From positions 1-46,628 of the IMG/VR virus record IMGVR_UViG_3300037784_000062: a stretch of DNA of 46,628 nt, one strand, 5' to 3'. Position 1 is the first letter of the stretch. Each line of letters begins with the position of its first letter. Below, in pieces: positions 43,906 to 46,628 of the stretch. Under the pieces are notes generated by a model. The model did no database searches. It had not been told where the DNA came from and was given only the letters and a program-made list of their open reading frames with translations. This DNA comes from a virus (lineage: Duplodnaviria; Caudoviricetes). The position numbers and the translations under genes were made by a program.

Positions 43906-46628
43906 TTAAAGCCCCGCGATGTAGGCGCTCACGCGCGTGTTGAGATTGGCGGCGTCGGTGGCGGTTAAGCCCGTGCCGATAAAGGCGAGCGAAATCTGCG
44001 CAGCGGTGAAGCTGTTCGGGTTTTCATCAAAACGCTGACAAAGAAGGAACAGGTTCCGCTCAGGCACACGCACCACAGAGACCGAACCCGTACTATCTAG
44101 AGACCCGTCCACATAAATGGGCGTATTCGAGGTTGTGTCTGTCTTGGTCGCGATAACGAAGGCGCCGGGCGCAACACTGGCGACCGAATTGCCAGTTATA
44201 CCCTGTGAGTTCACAAAGGCGCGGTACTTGTCCGAGTTAAATCTCAGTCCCAGAGAAGTTTCAGCGCCGGTCTGCCGGTCATTCACCCCCGCTATAGCAC
44301 CTTGAAACAAGGTCCCAGACCCCGCCCCCAACGCCACGCCGATGGACGCTGACCCCGTTTCATATGCGGGGTAATCGGAGGGCTTAACGCCCGTGTCGAT
44401 GTAGCTTGATAACCCGTCGCCTTTATAGCCCTGATCCGCCGTGAAAGTGGGCGCATTAATCGGCGAGAGCGACACACCGGCAGGGTCTTTCCAGTTCAGC
44501 CGCGCCGATTGTGCGTCATGGGCGGCAGGCACCCACAGGGCGAGCAACTTGGACCACAAACCGTCCGCCTTCAGACCCGTGACCAGATCATCAATCAGAA
44601 GCTGGCGCGCCGATGCGGGCGGCGTGCTCATCTGGTCGATGATCGCTTGCGCATCCCCATCCAGAAATTCGGTCGCCGTAGTGAAGCTGACAGGCTCCGA
44701 CCAGAGCGAATCCCCATAGGTCGCGCCCGCATACCGCACTCGCGCATAATAGGTCGTGTTAACGGCGAGGTTTCCGGCTGGAACCTTCCAGCTTTCCAGG
44801 TTGACCGCATCATCGGCGCTTTGGATGACGATGGACGCAAAGCCGCTATCGGTCGCGACCTGCCAGTCAGACGCCGCGTGCGTCTCGCCATGCGCGTTGA
44901 CCGGCGCGAAGGCCGAGGCCGTCAGCGTCGGGCTTTCGACGATATCGGTCGCCGCATCAGCCGGGCTTGTGATTGACGGCGTTCGCACATGCGGTTCGCG
45001 ATACTCGGTCTGATCAAGCGCCGTGATGCTCACCTCGAACCCGTAATTGCCACCCGCCCAGCGGATCGCAACAAAGGCGGGCGCGGTGATGACCAGGTCG
45101 TAAGGCTCGCCATTGATCAGCACCGACGCCGAAGCGGGAAGCGTGACGGGATTGGACGGTGACCAGCTTTTGCCATAGGCGACCAATGCACATTCATCGC
45201 CATATTCGGGCGAGGCCAGAAGCGCGGACAAGGTCACCGGCCCGCCGCTGGTGTCGATGGGATAAAGCGTCCCGGCTTCCGGCGTGAACGCCGCCGTCTG
45301 GATCGCAGCGACGGTCAGACCGCCGCCGATATTGTCGGGCAGGTAAGACGGATCGATCTTGCTGTTGGCGTCAAGCGGCGCCACGCCACTCGCAGCGCCC
45401 AAATCCCAATGCGTCAGGATGCGCGTCCAGTCAGACCAACCATCACCGGGCAAGGTTGAATGACCGCGCCGGAAATAGGCGGTCTTGTTCTGAACAACCA
45501 GTTGGAACTGTCGTGTCGTGTTCTGGTGAACATGCAGACCCGCAGCGTACTCAACAGGCCACCCGACGCCATTTGCGTCAAATGCAACCACACCGCCCGG
45601 CGTAGCGTCATAAGCCATATCGGCGGTGATCGCCGCCCGGTTGATGTTCGCGGATTGAAGAGTATTGACCGTCCAGACTGCCGAGCCGCCAACGCGTAAG
45701 GAGCCGTCGAAATACCAGCTAGCCGCACCGTGGTCGTAGCCGAACTCCCTGCCCCACTCCCAAGCGGTGTCGACCTCGTTCCGAGGCGTAAAGTAGTTGC
45801 GCGTCTTTCCAGAGTCGAAGGTGCTGGTCGCTCCAAACCCAACCATCACGCGAGTGTTGCCAGAGCCTAGCACCGAGCCAGAAACAACCGGGTTAGTCGC
45901 AGACGCCTTCCCATCAAGCGCAGGCTGAAGCCCGCTGACGTCTCCAATCCCCAGATTGCCGACCTCGCCTTTCGCCGCGAATACGCGCCATTCACTCGCC
46001 GCCCCGGTCGGCTCGACGCCCGTACTCGCCGCCTCAGCGATCCAGGTCGATCCCAGATGCCCGACCAGATCGCCCACCGCATAGGCGGTCGCATTGTCCC
46101 ACTCGCCCCGGTTTGCATCCGCGACCGTGCCTTGAGGGCCAACCAGAGACGCCAGCCATTCAGATCGCGTTCCCGTGAACCCGTCCGCGACCGCGACCGC
46201 ATAGGCGTCATCGCCTTGTGGGCCGATCAGAGACGCCAGCCATTCAGCTTCCGTCCCGACAAAGCCGTTCGCGACCGCGACCACATAGGCGTCATCGCCT
46301 TGCGGGCCTACCAGAGACGCCAGCCATTCAGATCGCGTTCCCGTGAACCCGTCCGCGACCGCGACCGCATAGGCGTCATCGCCTTGTGGGCCGACCAGAG
46401 ACGCCAGCCATTCAGACCGCGTTCCCGTGAACCCGTCCGCGACCGCGACCGCATAGGCGTCATCGCCTTGAGGGCCGACCAGAGACGCCAGCCATTCAGA
46501 TCGCGTTCCCGTGAACCCGTCCGCGACCGCGACCGCATAGGCGTCATCGCCTTGTGGGCCGACCAGAGACGCCAGCCATTCAGACCGCGTTCCCGTGAAC
46601 CCGTCCGCGACCGCGACCGCATAGGCGT
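43906..46628 (-). CDS. Tail fibre / receptor-binding protein, C-terminal part
   Basis: Frame open to the window end. 28-aa repeats, a CBM5/12-like GEWDNATAYAVGDLV motif, GVAPLDANSKI, an FN3-like region and a LamG-like C-terminus. Confidence 0.88.
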   Translation of the reverse strand, partial: AYAVAVADGFTGTRSEWLASLVGPQGDDAYAVAVADGFTGTRSEWLASLVGPQGDDAYAVAVADGFTGTRSEWLASLVGPQGDDAYAVAVADGFTGTRSEWLASLVGPQGDDAYVVAVANGFVGTEAEWLASLIGPQGDDAYAVAVADGFTGTRSEWLASLVGPQGTVADANRGEWDNATAYAVGDLVGHLGSTWIAEAASTGVEPTGAASEWRVFAAKGEVGNLGIGDVSGLQPALDGKASATNPVVSGSVLGSGNTRVMVGFGATSTFDSGKTRNYFTPRNEVDTAWEWGREFGYDHGAASWYFDGSLRVGGSAVWTVNTLQSANINRAAITADMAYDATPGGVVAFDANGVGWPVEYAAGLHVHQNTTRQFQLVVQNKTAYFRRGHSTLPGDGWSDWTRILTHWDLGAASGVAPLDANSKIDPSYLPDNIGGGLTVAAIQTAAFTPEAGTLYPIDTSGGPVTLSALLASPEYGDECALVAYGKSWSPSNPVTLPASASVLINGEPYDLVITAPAFVAIRWAGGNYGFEVSITALDQTEYREPHVRTPSITSPADAATDIVESPTLTASAFAPVNAHGETHAASDWQVATDSGFASIVIQSADDAVNLESWKVPAGNLAVNTTYYARVRYAGATYGDSLWSEPVSFTTATEFLDGDAQAIIDQMSTPPASARQLLIDDLVTGLKADGLWSKLLALWVPAAHDAQSARLNWKDPAGVSLSPINAPTFTADQGYKGDGLSSYIDTGVKPSDYPAYETGSASIGVALGAGSGTLFQGAIAGVNDRQTGAETSLGLRFNSDKYRAFVNSQGITGNSVASVAPGAFVIATKTDTTSNTPIYVDGSLDSTGSVSVVRVPERNLFLLCQRFDENPNSFTAAQISLAFIGTGLTATDAANLNTRVSAYIAGL
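46130..46628 (-). repeat. 84-bp tandem repeat (about 6 units, one diverged)
   Basis: Same unit as 1-293; the diverged copy encodes VANGFVGTEAEWLASLIGPQ. Confidence 0.97.

Larger units (their letters stand above)
1..46628. mobile_element. Complete circular temperate siphophage genome (excised/attP form)
   Basis: Full head, tail, lysis, replication, immunity and integration modules. nt 1-117 are identical to 46512-46628 and the tail-fibre frame runs across the junction. There is a single att core and no flanking host genes. Confidence 0.92.

Noticed and set aside
43906-46628. Diversity-generating retroelement or invertible fibre cassette
   Set aside because: No reverse transcriptase, TR/VR pair or serine invertase was seen in the genome.

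Overview
The window is an apparently complete, circular ~46.5 kb temperate siphovirus genome of high GC content. The host is probably an alphaproteobacterium (Caulobacterales/Maricaulales/Hyphomonadales-like; inferred). The assembly is broken inside an 84-bp tandem repeat in the tail-fibre gene, and the first and last 117 nt are identical. The minus strand carries a lambda-like head module (terS, gpA terL, gpW, portal, S49 protease/scaffold, gpD, gpE), a long-tail module with a GGGAAAC -1 frameshift, lysis genes and a replication/early operon with an iteron origin and an MT-A70 methylase. The plus strand carries a short CI-like repressor, a ParB-like protein, a PraR/RtrA-like XRE regulator, xis and a tyrosine integrase, followed by an attP that carries the 3' half of tRNA-Phe. 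A lambda-like cosQ/cosN can be read directly from the sequence. The most notable observations are: (i) arrays of a CCGGGAW motif at both ends of the immunity region and again at attP; (ii) a perfect CtrA box in the switch, with a CtrA half-site, a GANTC cluster and DnaA-like boxes in a second control region, suggesting wiring to the host cell cycle; (iii) an antisense ORF that exactly bridges an inserted moron with coupled start/stop overlaps at both ends; (iv) a PemK/MazF-like toxin with an unannotated 55-aa partner; (v) several AT-rich morons and structured RNA leaders. Function calls come from motif recognition and synteny, not from database searches.
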